Source of the DNA: Daphnia carinata
Lineage: Eukaryota
NCBI RefSeq assembly: GCF_022539665.2
Contig: NC_081331.1
Location: 3,906,001 to 3,970,000, forward strand
Length of the DNA stretch: 64,000 nt
Direction: 5' to 3'
Shown here: positions 25,007 through 39,196 of the stretch, in pieces
Numbering within the stretch: the first letter of the stretch is position 1
Layout: each line of letters starts with the position of its first letter
Notes under the pieces: model-generated
Told to the model about the DNA's origin: nothing
What the model saw: only the letters and a program-made list of their open reading frames with translations
Database searches by the model: none
Program-made: the position numbers and the translations under genes

Positions 25007-26630
25007 CTAGCTGGTACTAGCAGTACAGGCAGAGGTTTGCGACTGCGTTTCTCCACCGGGGGGAGCTTTCTCGTTGATGCAAAACCACGGAAGAGCGGTT
25101 TGCAAAGCCTTTTACGAAAAGAAAGAAAAAAATTAATTTTAAGTACAGCCCAATCGATAAGGCCTTAATTGGAATGATGGGCATCTTACCAGGCGATACT
25201 TCGGATGCGAGATGGCGTAGACAATCGGATTAGCTATTGAAGCACTTTTAGCAATCAATGCTGGCAAAATAGTAACCAACGGTGTGATCTTGTCTTGATT
25301 TCCAACAGCTCCTTGCAAACAAATGGTAGCGTAGGGAGTCCACATAGCCACCCAAAGAGCGATGTTGGCCATAGCAACTTTTGCGACACGAATTTCAGCA
25401 CTCTGAGCATTCTGGTCGGCATTTGAACGAAGCGATGTTACATTCATTTTCTTTGCTTGCTCACGCAAAGCCTTTTCATGGTGGATGATAGCTCCAACAA
25501 TGTGGTAATAGCAGAATACGATGATAATAAGTGGCATGCAATAGTCAAAAACGAAGAGGCAGCAAGTGTAAGAAACAGTCTGATTTAAAAGGAATAGAAA
25601 ATCAAGCGATTTCATTCTGGTTAATTTTGTACGCGAGTTGTATGTAGTTGAGGCATTAGTACCACCGCATCCCGAGTTAGATAATCAAATGAGCAGGAAT
25701 CTAAAATTCCTTCCGGTATGTATCGTCCCCAGCCGATGAAGGGAGTGATACTCCATCCAATGGCGTAAGCCCAGACGAATAAAATAAATGCACCCGCTCT
25801 ACCTTTTGATTTTTAAAACAATTATGACAAATTACATTATAGCCTATGTAGTAAATAACCATATGAATTTCTTGATTAAATTTTCTTATTCATTCCCTGA
25901 AATTATTTAGACGAGGTGCATCCGGCTTACCGTAGGTCATACGCGTTCCGTTCATCCCATTGACGATAACGTTATAGCGATCGTAACTGATGGCAGCCAT
26001 TGTACAGATGCTACACAATCCGAAAATAGAGCCGGTGCAGGCGTATAATTCACACAAGAATGGCCCAAAAAGCCAAACTCCACCGTTGAAGCAGTTGAGG
26101 ACAAACATTGGAAACTGCGTGATCATCATGCACAAGTCGGAGAAAGCCAAATTCACAACAAACATGTTGGCTGGTGTTCTTAAATCTTTTGTTTTCATAA
26201 ACAGATGAAGAACCAAGGAATTGCCTGAATTAATAGGTGAATAAAAACAATATAATACATTCTCTTAAGCATGATGACAAAAGTTCAAATTTAGGATTAT
26301 CGACATACCCGTGATGGAGGTGATACCCAATACAATGTAGAGGAGTCCCTACAGAAAAGTAAATGATTATAACAGGTACTACAAGGTGAACTTACAAAGC
26401 TCAATTCATAATCTTAGAAATGTCTCAATCCAACGTTAACAATAACAACTTACAAGCAGATAGTGCCACATTGGATTGACAGGGGGGAATTTTCGCCAGT
26501 GAGGATGAATCATATCCAGCATATCTTCTGGAACTGTGTCGATGATGGATGCACCTGGAGGAAAGCCCCAAACAACCGGTGGCTTCCCAGCAGATCGGTA
26601 AGCAAAACTTTCGTTTAGTTGATTGTCCAT
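25007..26630 (-). CDS. Long-wavelength-type rhabdomeric opsin, copy 3 (intact, multi-exon)
   Basis: MDNQLNESFAYRS...HPHWRKFPPVNPMWHY, TPANMFVVNLAFSD, SYDRY, LIAKSASIANPIVYAISHPKYR; stop TAG at 25007-25009. Confidence 0.95.
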
Positions 26631-28445
26631 CTTGTTGTTAAGATGTCGTCGTCTATTATTCGAAACTGTAACTTCAGAGCTGAGACTCAACTCTTCTCTC
26701 GTCTACCTGACGAATGGGCTCGTTGGTGAGGATACAATGGCTATTGTATGTTTAAATACCGCACGTCACTTTTACCCCCCACGTCTTCCCTTTAATTTAT
26801 GCCTGAAATTCAAGTAGAGGCGAAACGTTTGAATGGCCTCATAGATGCGCGTCATGTATAAAGATGCACTGCCCCTACCAGATTGTGATATGCTGTATCT
26901 TTAATTGAGTTAGACAAGGGCTAAGGGCTTTGAACCAGCTGGCGAAGAAAATTCTAGGATGGGCGTGCGTTTGCGATTGGAGTATTGTTATGGGCTTATA
27001 TAACAAAAAATCGCTTTCCCTCTTGCAGCAAAGTCGATTTAGCTTAGATTTTTTCATTTTTTTTTTAGTTGCGCCAAATGTTGTTTTCTCCTTCTTATAA
27101 CCCCTTCATCGTAGTTTGCGTCAGTAAAATTATGAGTGTAATCTTATGGCCTCATAACGCCATAAACTTTTATTATCGTAAAATTTTGTTTAGAAAAGCC
27201 CGAAAGACTATGTTCAAGGTATAATTTTTTTTTTCTACTAATCGTTCTAGATTCCTATTCAGTTTATAAAGAAAAAAAAACCTATCGAGTAAATGATTTG
27301 AAGCTGTAGGACGTTTCGATTTTTATTTTGATGGGCTTGTACTATGATGATGCTGTTACCTATAACTATGCAAGGAATCCGACCAAATGTATCACGATCG
27401 CTTGGACAAAGACTACGTTAGCTTTTAAGTTGCTCGTAAAGAGTAATCGGATTGATAGAAGGAGTAGGGGAATTCTGAAGCTCGTAACGCTTAAAAAGAA
27501 CATTCGTAAACAAAAATTTTTCTCTCATTGAAAACGTTTGATGGGCGGCAAGCTAGCAATTGCAACTTAAGCTGGGTGTTACCGTATAATCAGATTTCGC
27601 GTATTGTATTGTAAAAGAATAGGCTGTCTCCTCTTTACTTTCTGATTATTGCAGTGTTTTCCTTTGCTACGGAAGAGCGCCAATCGATAAAAAGAAATCC
27701 CCCATTAATTGATTCAGTTTTTTATCAGTTTATTTTAAAAATCGTCAATGGGATAAAACTGTATTGCAGCTATTTTCCATTCACAATATAATTACATCTC
27801 TGGGTTGCTGGCAAGGATTATGCATTTGTGCGTACACCTTCGGGTACGATGCAGTTATAATTGGATTACTTGGGCATTCAAATTTTAGGTTTAAGGCAGT
27901 TTGTTATGACGCAGTCTATTCCTGATTGCAGTTAATTTTTTATTTTATTCACGAGACAAGAGAATAAATCCAATTGAGGGTTGTATAAGTGTGGTTCACA
28001 CGGAATAATTCATTTAATGATATGTGCACTCCTACTGCTTCTGTAGAGGTTTCTTTAGATCTAAGATAGTAAAATGAAATAATGGATATTTTATACTATA
28101 AGCTGTAGGAATAAGCTTTGGCCAGCCTTAGAAAACGGTGTCTGTGCTGATATAAATTTTAATGTGTTATGTAAATGTCTAAACGTTTAAAATGACTGGT
28201 GAACGTCTCATGAATCGCAACACTTTTAACCACCGCCTTTTAAAAATTTGAATTTGGTTTGCAAGAACGTCCACTAGATGGCCAATGAACATATTGCCTT
28301 TGAAAGATTTGCACGTTATGATGCTTTTCGAAATATTTTGATAGAACTGCTGATCGTCCAGATAAAAATTCCTGAAAGTCACGGACTTTTCTTACATGGA
28401 TTCATCTTATTGTGATAATGTAAGTCCGAAAGCAAGACTTCAGGA

Positions 28446-29908
28446 ATGGCGAGAAAAACTTGGCTTTTTATTCGAGCTGGAGTGTTTATTTCTCTCTTGC
28501 TAGTCCTCTGGAATTTTTTCTGGGTGTTGAAACTGCAACAACCCCAGCAGCTAGTTCCTTCTAAAATTTATTCAATTTTCACATCCCCTGTGCCTCAGCT
28601 TACAAAGCCAGAAAAGTTAAATACCTTAAAGAGGCATTTCTCTGCAAATGTTCAACAGGAAAAGCCACAAGAAATTCGCATAGCAGCAGTTGTGTGTGGG
28701 AATCGGACCAATGAAACCCTAGTTATGATCAAATCTGCTTTGATTCTGAGTAGAACTTTCACCAGATTCATACTATTTGCTGATGAAAATGCAACTTCTG
28801 CCTTGAATGCAACAGTCAAACAGTGGCCTGACAATGTTTTAAACCACATGTCTCTTGATCTCCGTCCTATAACTTTTCCACGCGAAAAGGCTGAAGAATG
28901 GAAGAAGTTATTTAAACCATGTGCATCCCAAAGACTTTTTCTTCCAGTAAGTTTTAGTCTAGTAACATTTCTTACATACAACACTTAATAATTTTCATTC
29001 ATCTTTATCCTTTTATAGAGTTTGCTAGAAGAAGTGGATTCAGTATTGTATGTGGATACTGACACACTTTTTCTCACCTCCCCATTGCAGATTTGGGAAC
29101 ACTTCAATAAAATGAATGAAATGCATATGGCTGCTCTTGCACCTGAGCATGAAGATCATTCTACTGGATGGTACAACAGATTTGCAAGGCATCCTTATTA
29201 TGGGAATTTAGGTATATTAGTTAAAAGTTCATGAAATTTTCATTGATTTTAAATATTAATAATTCTTCGTAAAAACAGGAGTAAACTCGGGAGTGATGCT
29301 GATGAATTTGACAAGAATGAGGCAGTTTGGTTGGGAAAAATATGTTGTTCCAATATATCAAGAATATAAATCCAAAATCGTTTGGGGTGACCAAGACATC
29401 ATCAATATAGTCTTCCACTTTTATGCCGAAAAGCTTTACGTTTATCCCTGTCACTACAACTACCGTCCAGATCATTGGTAAGTGATTCAAAAAACCACCG
29501 CTAGCCGTGCATTAACTATCCTCTTTTACTTCCAGTATGTACATGAGTGTTTGTAAGGCAGCCGAAGAAGAAGGAATCATGGTCTTACATGGAAATAGAG
29601 GAAGCTTCCACAATAAGAAACAACCAGCCTTCAAGGCAATTTATTCTTCAATTCAACAGGTCCTTAAATTTAAGTGGACAATAATAGTAACACTTGGTGT
29701 TAAAAACCGAACTATTTTACCGCAGCATTCCTTTGGCGATAATTTGCAAACACTGTTGGACGATATGAAACACAGCCTTACAGAAACTATTCATACCAAT
29801 TGTGGGAAAATCATTGATTCGTTACCAAAGCTCTTGCAGATTAAAAAAAAGTATCAAACGTCGGACAAAGAAACAAGGACTTTGACGGAGACAGGTTGGA
29901 GGAGGTAA
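28446..29908 (+). CDS. GXYLT: Glucoside xylosyltransferase (GT8; GXYLT1/2, Drosophila shams ortholog), multi-exon
   Basis: Type II TM at the N-terminus; [25 protein letters not shown] (DxD), [52 protein letters not shown]. Confidence 0.93.
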
Positions 29909-32900
29909 TCTCAGCTATCATATTGAGGCCAAATTTTTATTTGAAGTAACGTTGATAGAAATCCTTGTGGCATGCGCTAGATTCATGCAAATTTTTCTTG
30001 CTAGTCGTAAGCATATGCAAGCTTTATTGAATATTGGAATCGATGTTATATATGAAGGTGACATGGAAGCAAACAACGCTAATACAATTTTGAATTTCTC
30101 GCAATTGTAATTTGCTGCAGGTATTTGAGATTCACAACATGCATGCAAAATATGAGTTTTACACTAAGGCGACTAATAATTTCCATACGTATTTGCAGAA
30201 ACGTTTCGAGGGAAAAGGTTTGTCACTGAATCTTAGTAAAAGTTTATTAAAAAATTCAGTTGGCACTTCTTTCACTGTTACGGTGATTAATTGGTCATTA
30301 TTTAGGAGTAAAGCGCCATTGAAATGGAAGTATAGCTCCTACTTTCTACTTGCCCTAGAACCTAGTAGGTTTTTTACTGGACAATATCGTTTGGGTACAA
30401 TTGTCTTATCTGGAAGGCGATCTATTTTCATTTATTTGAAAATTCATTGAAGTTGAACTAAGAAGCCCCAAGCCATGGGCGTAACAGGGAAACCTTTTGA
30501 AACTTGGTCAAGTGATAATTAGGCATTACATTCCACGAATTGATCCATGGCTGAACAAGTAGCACGCCACCTTGATTTTCGTGCCTCTGTGAGCTTCATG
30601 TCGTAGCCCCTGACCATTTGGCGACACAGTTTTTACTTCAACTTGAATACTAGATTGAATGAAGAGGAATTCTATTGTGATCGACCGTCAAAACATCATA
30701 TCGCGTTCGAAAATCGTAAGATCATATTTACTCATTATTTTCTTCCAATTGCTACAGTCACAGCCACTATAATGTCTTGAAAACTTAATCTACTTTTCCT
30801 TGAAAAAATAACTAATTGCCACTATGTCACAGTTGTTGCCAGTGATGCCTCAGTTGGAAAACCTTAACTCTTTGGACACTTACCTTGATTCTTACGGTGG
30901 GAAAATCGCCACAAATATGGTGCGTATTACTTTCACACGTCTTATTTTTTTTTTTAGTTCTCAGACTGGATATCGGTAGGAATTAAATTGAAATGCGCCA
31001 GCATAAGCGTAAAATAATCACTAAAGGTACAACCTCTTTTGTGCTCTACTTATAATCCCTCCGCTCAGTGCCTCTTGGTTAGTGCCCTTAACTACTACCT
31101 CTTTCATGCTGCTGCACTTTGCCCCCTTCATTATATTTTTAAAAACATTTGAGCAAAGAAATCACTCTTTGCTAGCGTCGTATTGAAAATACTTGACTTG
31201 GATGACACCCCGTATCTTTAATTCAGTTAGATTTTAGTAAAACTTTCACGATGCTCCGTCACGCTCGAAAGCTCGACTAGCCTCATTTCTTAATCGGTCA
31301 CGATAGCTCTAGTAGAAAGCACTAATGTTTTACATCGTCTTGCGTAATGGGCATCCAAAAATACCATTGGCGTCCTGTGCACGTGTGCCATTTCCTGTAA
31401 TAAATGGGGCCTAAATTTGAATTATAGCTTTAAAAAATGCGAGTTTCTCAACTATTTTTTAAATAAAAATACTTGAATTTAATGTCAGTCCTACATGCTT
31501 AAGAAACATACGATTGAGTATGCATGTACGGTAACCCCATTTTTATTTCCCTGTTCGCCTACAGCCTCTAAAAGCTTAGTGCTCGCTATGCACTATTTCG
31601 CTATAGATAAATCCCTAAAATGTAAATCAATTAACATTTAATATTTATGGAGAGCAATGTTTCTTTATTCGGGTATCAACAATCGAATCATTCGAGCTTT
31701 TAGTCATAATTGAGCATATCGTTACCGGCTGGTTTTTTCTTTCATGTTTGCCATTGAACTCGGCGCTAGGCACGATGAAACGAAGGCATAATGAAAACGC
31801 ATTAATATTTTGGTTTCATTATTTTTTTTTTAAATGAAAACTATGCAAAGAGGGCCGAGGCAGTAATAATTCCGGTTGAATGTTCGTAGTTCTTCCGCTG
31901 TTTCTTTTCAGTCAAAATTACATGAAGCTACATTAGGGTACTTTAATGGTACAACAATTCCATAACGGGATCACTTGTTGGCTTGATTTCATAAGGCTTA
32001 TTGAAGACTGAAACAAAGCATTCGAAATGGTACATGCTGTCATTTCACATGCACCAAAGATAATTGCAACAGAAATGTAGTGTTTCTTCATGTTAACTTC
32101 CAGTTTCTTTCATTTGGAGGCATTATTTTGTAATTTTTCCGATAATTCAAGTTCCGTGTACTGATATACGAAAATGTTATGTTCCCTTAAAAAGCGTTAC
32201 ATAAGAGCCTAATTCACTGGAAACACTTCAAACGTTTCATCGCATAATATATCCGTTAGGCTAGTGTGAAACTTCGTACGTGAAACTAACGTGATGTATT
32301 CTGTCAAAGTGGCAAAAACTTCGACGATATCGCATTGTAATTCTTCGAAAAAATCAAGCTAGGATTTAAAATCCAATTAAGCGTTATGTGTGCCATTCTT
32401 CAATGGTTTTGCGAAAGACGATTCGAGGCTATTTACACTTGTACAACTTCAACTCGCTTTACAATGCAAAACAATGAAAAAAAATGTATTCCAATATTTT
32501 TATTTTATCGATATCAAAATACTCAGTTCTTAACTTTGTACACCATACCGTAGCAAAATGCGTCAAGTTTGAACGAAAGCTTTCGGGATTTGATTATTCA
32601 TTGTTGCTTGTCACGCTTGCCACCCTATCGTATTTCTAGAATTTCTATGACGTGTTTGCCATACAGAATTGGAAATTTACAATCTGAGAAAATTCACGCG
32701 GTGGTGACACTGCCTTAAAAAGGTTTACAAGGAGCGCTCAGTCTTTTAAGAACTCATTAGCAATTCCATTTTCTTTTCAGACATCTCTAATGGCACGTGA
32801 AAACTGGATCCTTTCATCGTTTGCGACCCAGTCGGTATTTCCACTGAACCTGATGTTTCAATTATGCACAATAATAAATAATTGAAAAAATTATTATCTC

Positions 32901-33361
32901 TAAATAGGTAACAGGAAAATCACGTGTAAGGTAAACGTGACATTATTGAACTTCAGTGATTCAAAGGCTTTTGGTTGTTTTTAATATTTAAACTATATAA
33001 AAACAGGTTCTAAAAAGTAAGTAGACTAATCCCGGTTGAGTGCCATGATTAGCCCGCATATCAGTTTGGAACCAAGCATTGCAATGCTACGTCATACTTT
33101 TATCTCACCGGCTGGTCAAAGAAATAAATATAATTAGTAGTAGAAAATCTTCCAAGCTGTTTCCTGTTCGCCTGCGTCCGTAGGAGGAGAATCACTCCTA
33201 CGTTAAAGGAAACAGCTCTGTGAAATTAAAATTTTTCAGTAGTTGTACAGTACAACATCAGATGGCGGTCATAGCAACTAACAGCTTAGCAATAGTAAAA
33301 ACTGTGTGGAAAAAATAAAACGTCACAGTTCAAAAGGATGCGCGGAGTACGTCTATATGGC

Positions 33362-33381
33362 AATATGGCAATCCGTTTTAC
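33362..33381 (+). repeat. Left copy of a perfect 20-bp inverted repeat (AATATGGCAATCCGTTTTAC)
   Basis: Exact reverse complement at 44029-44048; related copies at 43976-43990 and 44252-44270. Confidence 0.8.
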
Positions 33382-33561
33382 ATAAAAAAAAAAAATGTCG
33401 GAAAAAAAAATCGCACTTTTTTCTTTTTTTCCGACACGTAGCCATCTACCGTTCAGACTCGTTATTACTGGCGTAGGCAATTTCAGTCCATTGGATGCCA
33501 TTCGCAGTTAGTTCAGTAGCGTGGACAGAGAATAACGCGTGGCTGGAGGAACAATTGAAAA

Positions 33562-35030
33562 ATGGATAAGATAATACAACAAAAGGATGGTAAGTATAAA
33601 CATTATTATATTGGTTTTCAATTATTAATTATTTTTTATTAGATCAAATTATGAAGCTGCAGGCGCAATTATTGGAACAACACAAAATATTAGATAACAG
33701 CAAAGCTAAGGGTGGTAAGGTCTAATACGTAATGATTCTATTTGTTTACTTTTATTCATTTGTGTTTTGTAGCTAAAATTTTGAGTCTACAAGCTCAGCT
33801 AGGGAAAAAGAACAAATTGGAACGGAACAGTTTCCAAACAGTGAAGGAGGTTTTTCCAAACTCATCCCTAACTGAACATGAGGATGAATTGGCATTAGGC
33901 GAACACAGTCAGGTACCTAAACTTTTCAAATAAGAATTCAAAATAAGTATAAAATTTTAACAAGCAATTATTTATTGTTTAGTTATTCAGTCTACCACCG
34001 GACAGTGTGTTAAAGTTAAATTCTGTTAGTGCTGCACTAAAAGAATTGTTAGTAATAAGTCCATGCAGTGAAGGAAGTGAACAATTGTGGGACCGTATTT
34101 GGGCTGAAAATGGGTGTGGTACGGAAACCCAGAAATGGCATGAGTTCAACATAAAACATGGATTAGGTACTTTTCGGTTTTTTGTCTATCGAAAAAGTAT
34201 TTTTAATGCTATTATTTTGCATTCACAGAATTTTAGCGGGGGATCAAGTCATGTCTGGAAGTGTTACAGGATGGAAGAGTGAGCCTACAGTTGAAAAAAA
34301 AAACTGAGAGTGCATTACCATTAAGGTATGAGGTAAAGTAATAGAGTATGCACATTGTCTAATGAGAAGTACCATCTTGTGTTAATGAATCCTGTATAAC
34401 AGCAATCCTTTATAGTTCTGTCACAGCTAGAAGCCTCAAATAATTCTGCTTCTCTTGCTAAAGAACAACTTGTCCTTTACGTTCAGAGTGTTGGTGAAGC
34501 TGGGTACTTAAATGGCCCTAAAGATGTTTCATTTCGCTGGCATTGCAGCGATGAACATCATACATGGACTCTTTAGGTATGAAAGGAATTTTCTTGAAAA
34601 AATTTTGAATTTATGATGAAGCATTTCTCCTCCTTTTTGCCAACCATGTCTAATCTACAAAAAAAAATTATCCAATAGGAAAGGATTTTCATATACTGGG
34701 AACACAACTATCAACAATGTAACATTCTACGGGTGCTATTTTATCATTCAAGAGCCTTATACAATGATTTTCATCTGCAATTTGTATGGCCTTTCCCAAG
34801 CTTCTGCCAGAAGTTGAATCTATGAGTCATGTAAGTTGTAAGTCACATGAGCAACAATTGAGATGCTTAATGGTGTTGTTTTTCTTTTCTCAGTGTAGGT
34901 TAATAGTAACATTGGATCTGAAAAGATTCTTGGTTGGGGCAAGACACTGAATAAATTGTAATGATTGGATGGATGACATGACATTTCTATACTTCATTCG
35001 GATTCCCGAGACGGTATTTTATATTAAAAA
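33562..35030 (+). pseudogene. Degraded multi-exon gene of unknown family (coiled-coil-like N-terminal exons, decayed 3' exons)
   Basis: In-phase short exons with GT-AG introns (MDKIIQQKD|DQIMKLQAQLLEQHK..|AKILSLQAQLGKK..|LFSLPPDSVLKL..). Downstream of ~34103 the frames contain stops; that part recurs inverted at 42720-43555 and, more diverged, at 36790-37050. Confidence 0.45.
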
Positions 35031-35638
35031 AATTGAAGTGCATATCTGGGCTCCCTTCCTTTCCGTAGCCCCGTTTCCCCTTGACTCGTAATAAGCCCGT
35101 AGGGGGTCATGCCCCTACTGTACGGTATATATAAAAACAACATATACCGAGGTTTGGAGGGCTCTGGCCGGAAAGGGGACGTGGGGGTCCGCTTAGTCCG
35201 ATGATGTGTTCACGGAGGGCGACGTGGCTATCCACAAATCCGAACTAAAGGTTAATCGCTCCTGTAAAAATGTTCCAAATCTTCAGCTCTTCTTCCGGCT
35301 TCTCTTAGCCAATCACCGGGTAATCTCCCCGGTGGGTCAACAAGGCAGTGTCTCCCCCTGCCTGGGTTGACGGCAACTTTTGAAAAGGCTATTGTGCCTT
35401 TTTAAAGTTGCAAAAATAATTGTAATGTGCAGAGAATTGTCAATAAAAATTTTTTTATAAAATATTTTTTCCAAAATTTGTTTCTTTTATTGTCTGTTTT
35501 CGCTGTGTTTACACATTACATTTATCAACTTTTCTTTTTATTTAGCTTGCTCAATTGACCTTTATTGTTTTTGCCACCTTTGATGGTAAGCAATGTTTCC
35601 ATTGGTTTATCGTTTATCTGTAAATATTCAATTATTAT
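34103..35638 (+). repeat. Repeat copy 1 (decayed gene 3' part + structured module 35031-35411 + AT-rich tail)
   Basis: Reverse-complement match to 42301-43555 and 36153-37050 by direct reading. Confidence 0.9.
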
Positions 35639-35734
35639 TTATTACACTCTTTGAATTCTTCAACTTAGATTCAAGGAATAACGTGTAATACCTGGATATT
35701 TTCTGAAGTAATTTTGAATTTGTATTTTATTTTA

Positions 35735-36157
35735 CTCGTATGGGAACCGATCCCCAGACATTAAGCGTGCAACGCCGATGCTCTAACATTGAGCCACGAG
35801 GTATATATATGAACTTTTTATTATCGCATATCATATGTTATGGTGTAGGATGTTTATGCAGTCCTTCACAACTATATGTTTATCTGTCTATTGCTGATAT
35901 AATGACCATAGCTCTGTGGTATAGTCTTTAGCCGCGATATCTGTTACCCTGGGTTCGAACCTCAGTAGATGTTTAAAAATGAAGCAGAATAAATGTAGAA
36001 AAGAATTTTGCAGTATTGCATTTCAGTTTTATTCTAATTGTAAATTCAAGTCCGCAAGTGACTAGAAAAAAGCCAACTTGTCATCATATGATTCATGGCT
36101 CATTGGTAGAGCATCGGCGCGGTATGCCGAACATCCTGGGTTCGATCCCTGGATAAT
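35735..36157. pseudogene. Three tRNA-like units in the palindrome spacer (35735-35803 minus; 35902-35972 plus; 36089-36157 plus)
   Basis: A-box-like TGGCTCA..GGTAGAGC or TAGCTCTGTGG and B-box GGTTCGA(A/T)CC. Unit 3 has a perfect anticodon arm TCGGC-GCGGTAT-GCCGA. Acceptor stems are imperfect. Confidence 0.6.
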
Positions 36158-37050
36158 AATTGAATGCTTACAGATAAACGATAAACGATAAACCAATAGA
36201 AACAATGCTTACCATTAAACGTGTCCCAATGCTTATCATCAAAGGTGGGCAAAACAATAAAGGTGAACTGAGCAAGCTAAATAAAAAAAAGGTGATAAAT
36301 GTAATGTGTAAACACAGCGAAAACCTACAATGAAAGAAACAAATTTTGGAAAAAATATTTTAAAAAAAATTTTTATTGACAATTCTCTTCACATTACAAT
36401 TATTTTTGCAACTTTAAAAGGGCACAATAGCCCTTTCAAAAGTTGCCGTCAACCCAGGCAGGGGGAGACACTGCCTTGTTGACCCACCGGGGAGATTACC
36501 CGGTGATTGGCTAAGAGAAGCCGGAAGAAGAGCTGAAGATTTGGAACATTTTTACAGGAGCGATTAACCTTTAGTTCGGATTTGTGGGCAGCCACGTCGC
36601 CCTCCGTGAACACATCATCGGACGAAGCGGCACCCCACGTCCCCTTTCCGGCCAGAGCCCTCCAAACCTCGGTATATGTTGTTTTTATATATACCGTACA
36701 GTAGGGGCATGACCCCCTACGGGCTTATTACGAGTCAAGGGGAAACGGGGCTACGGAAAGGAAGGGAGCCCAGATATGCACTTCAATTTATGAAAAATTT
36801 AATACCGTTTTTAATTGAGAATCTGAATGAAGTATGGAAATTCCATGTAGTGTATCCAAACATAATAATTTATTCAGGACCTTGCCCCAAACAAGAAACC
36901 TTTTCAGATCAAAATTTATTGTTCATCTATAATAAGACAGTAAAAGACCATTAGGCATAAAAACTCTTAATTCACATATATAGTTCATACCTTACATGAT
37001 TCGTGAGTTGATTGCGAGCATATTCTTCTGTCAGAAGCTTCAGAAGAGAC
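36153..37050 (-). repeat. Repeat copy 2, inverted relative to copy 1 (right arm of the palindrome)
   Basis: 36153-36790 is a near-identical reverse complement of 35031-35638; 36790-37050 is a more diverged match to ~34790-35030. Confidence 0.9.
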
Positions 37051-37145
37051 ATTTACGATTTTCGTTTACGCTCACGATGGATGTCGGTAGACTAGACATT
37101 TAAAGTTAAGACACTTTGCCCAATTCCAACAGTTTTGATTCTTAC

Positions 37146-38990
<1,845 letters not shown>

Positions 38991-39196
38991 AAAAAAATGT
39001 AGAACAGAATGAAACAAATAAGATTATATAGAGAGGTCAAGAAGTAAAATCTAGCGAGGACGGTCTATCTAGCGAGTAAAGGTAGACAGCAGCAGTGTTT
39101 CCACTTTCCGCAAAGTGGTATCCCTAGAACGTTGCCAGACTGGGGACATAAATCCCTATTTTAAAAAAATAAAATCCCCAGAAAAATCCCTGTTAC

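Noticed and set aside
29660..29725. In-frame stop-free segment near the GXYLT C-terminus
   Set aside because: Most simply a 66-nt GT-AG intron of typical size; no evidence of retention.
36400..36790. RNase MRP/P RNA or hammerhead/HDV ribozyme identity for the hairpin module
   Set aside because: AAACGGGGCT resembles MRP CR-V, but I found no matching CR-I (GAAAGTCCCC), no CTGATGA/GAAA hammerhead core and no HDV pseudoknot by eye. An Infernal search is needed.
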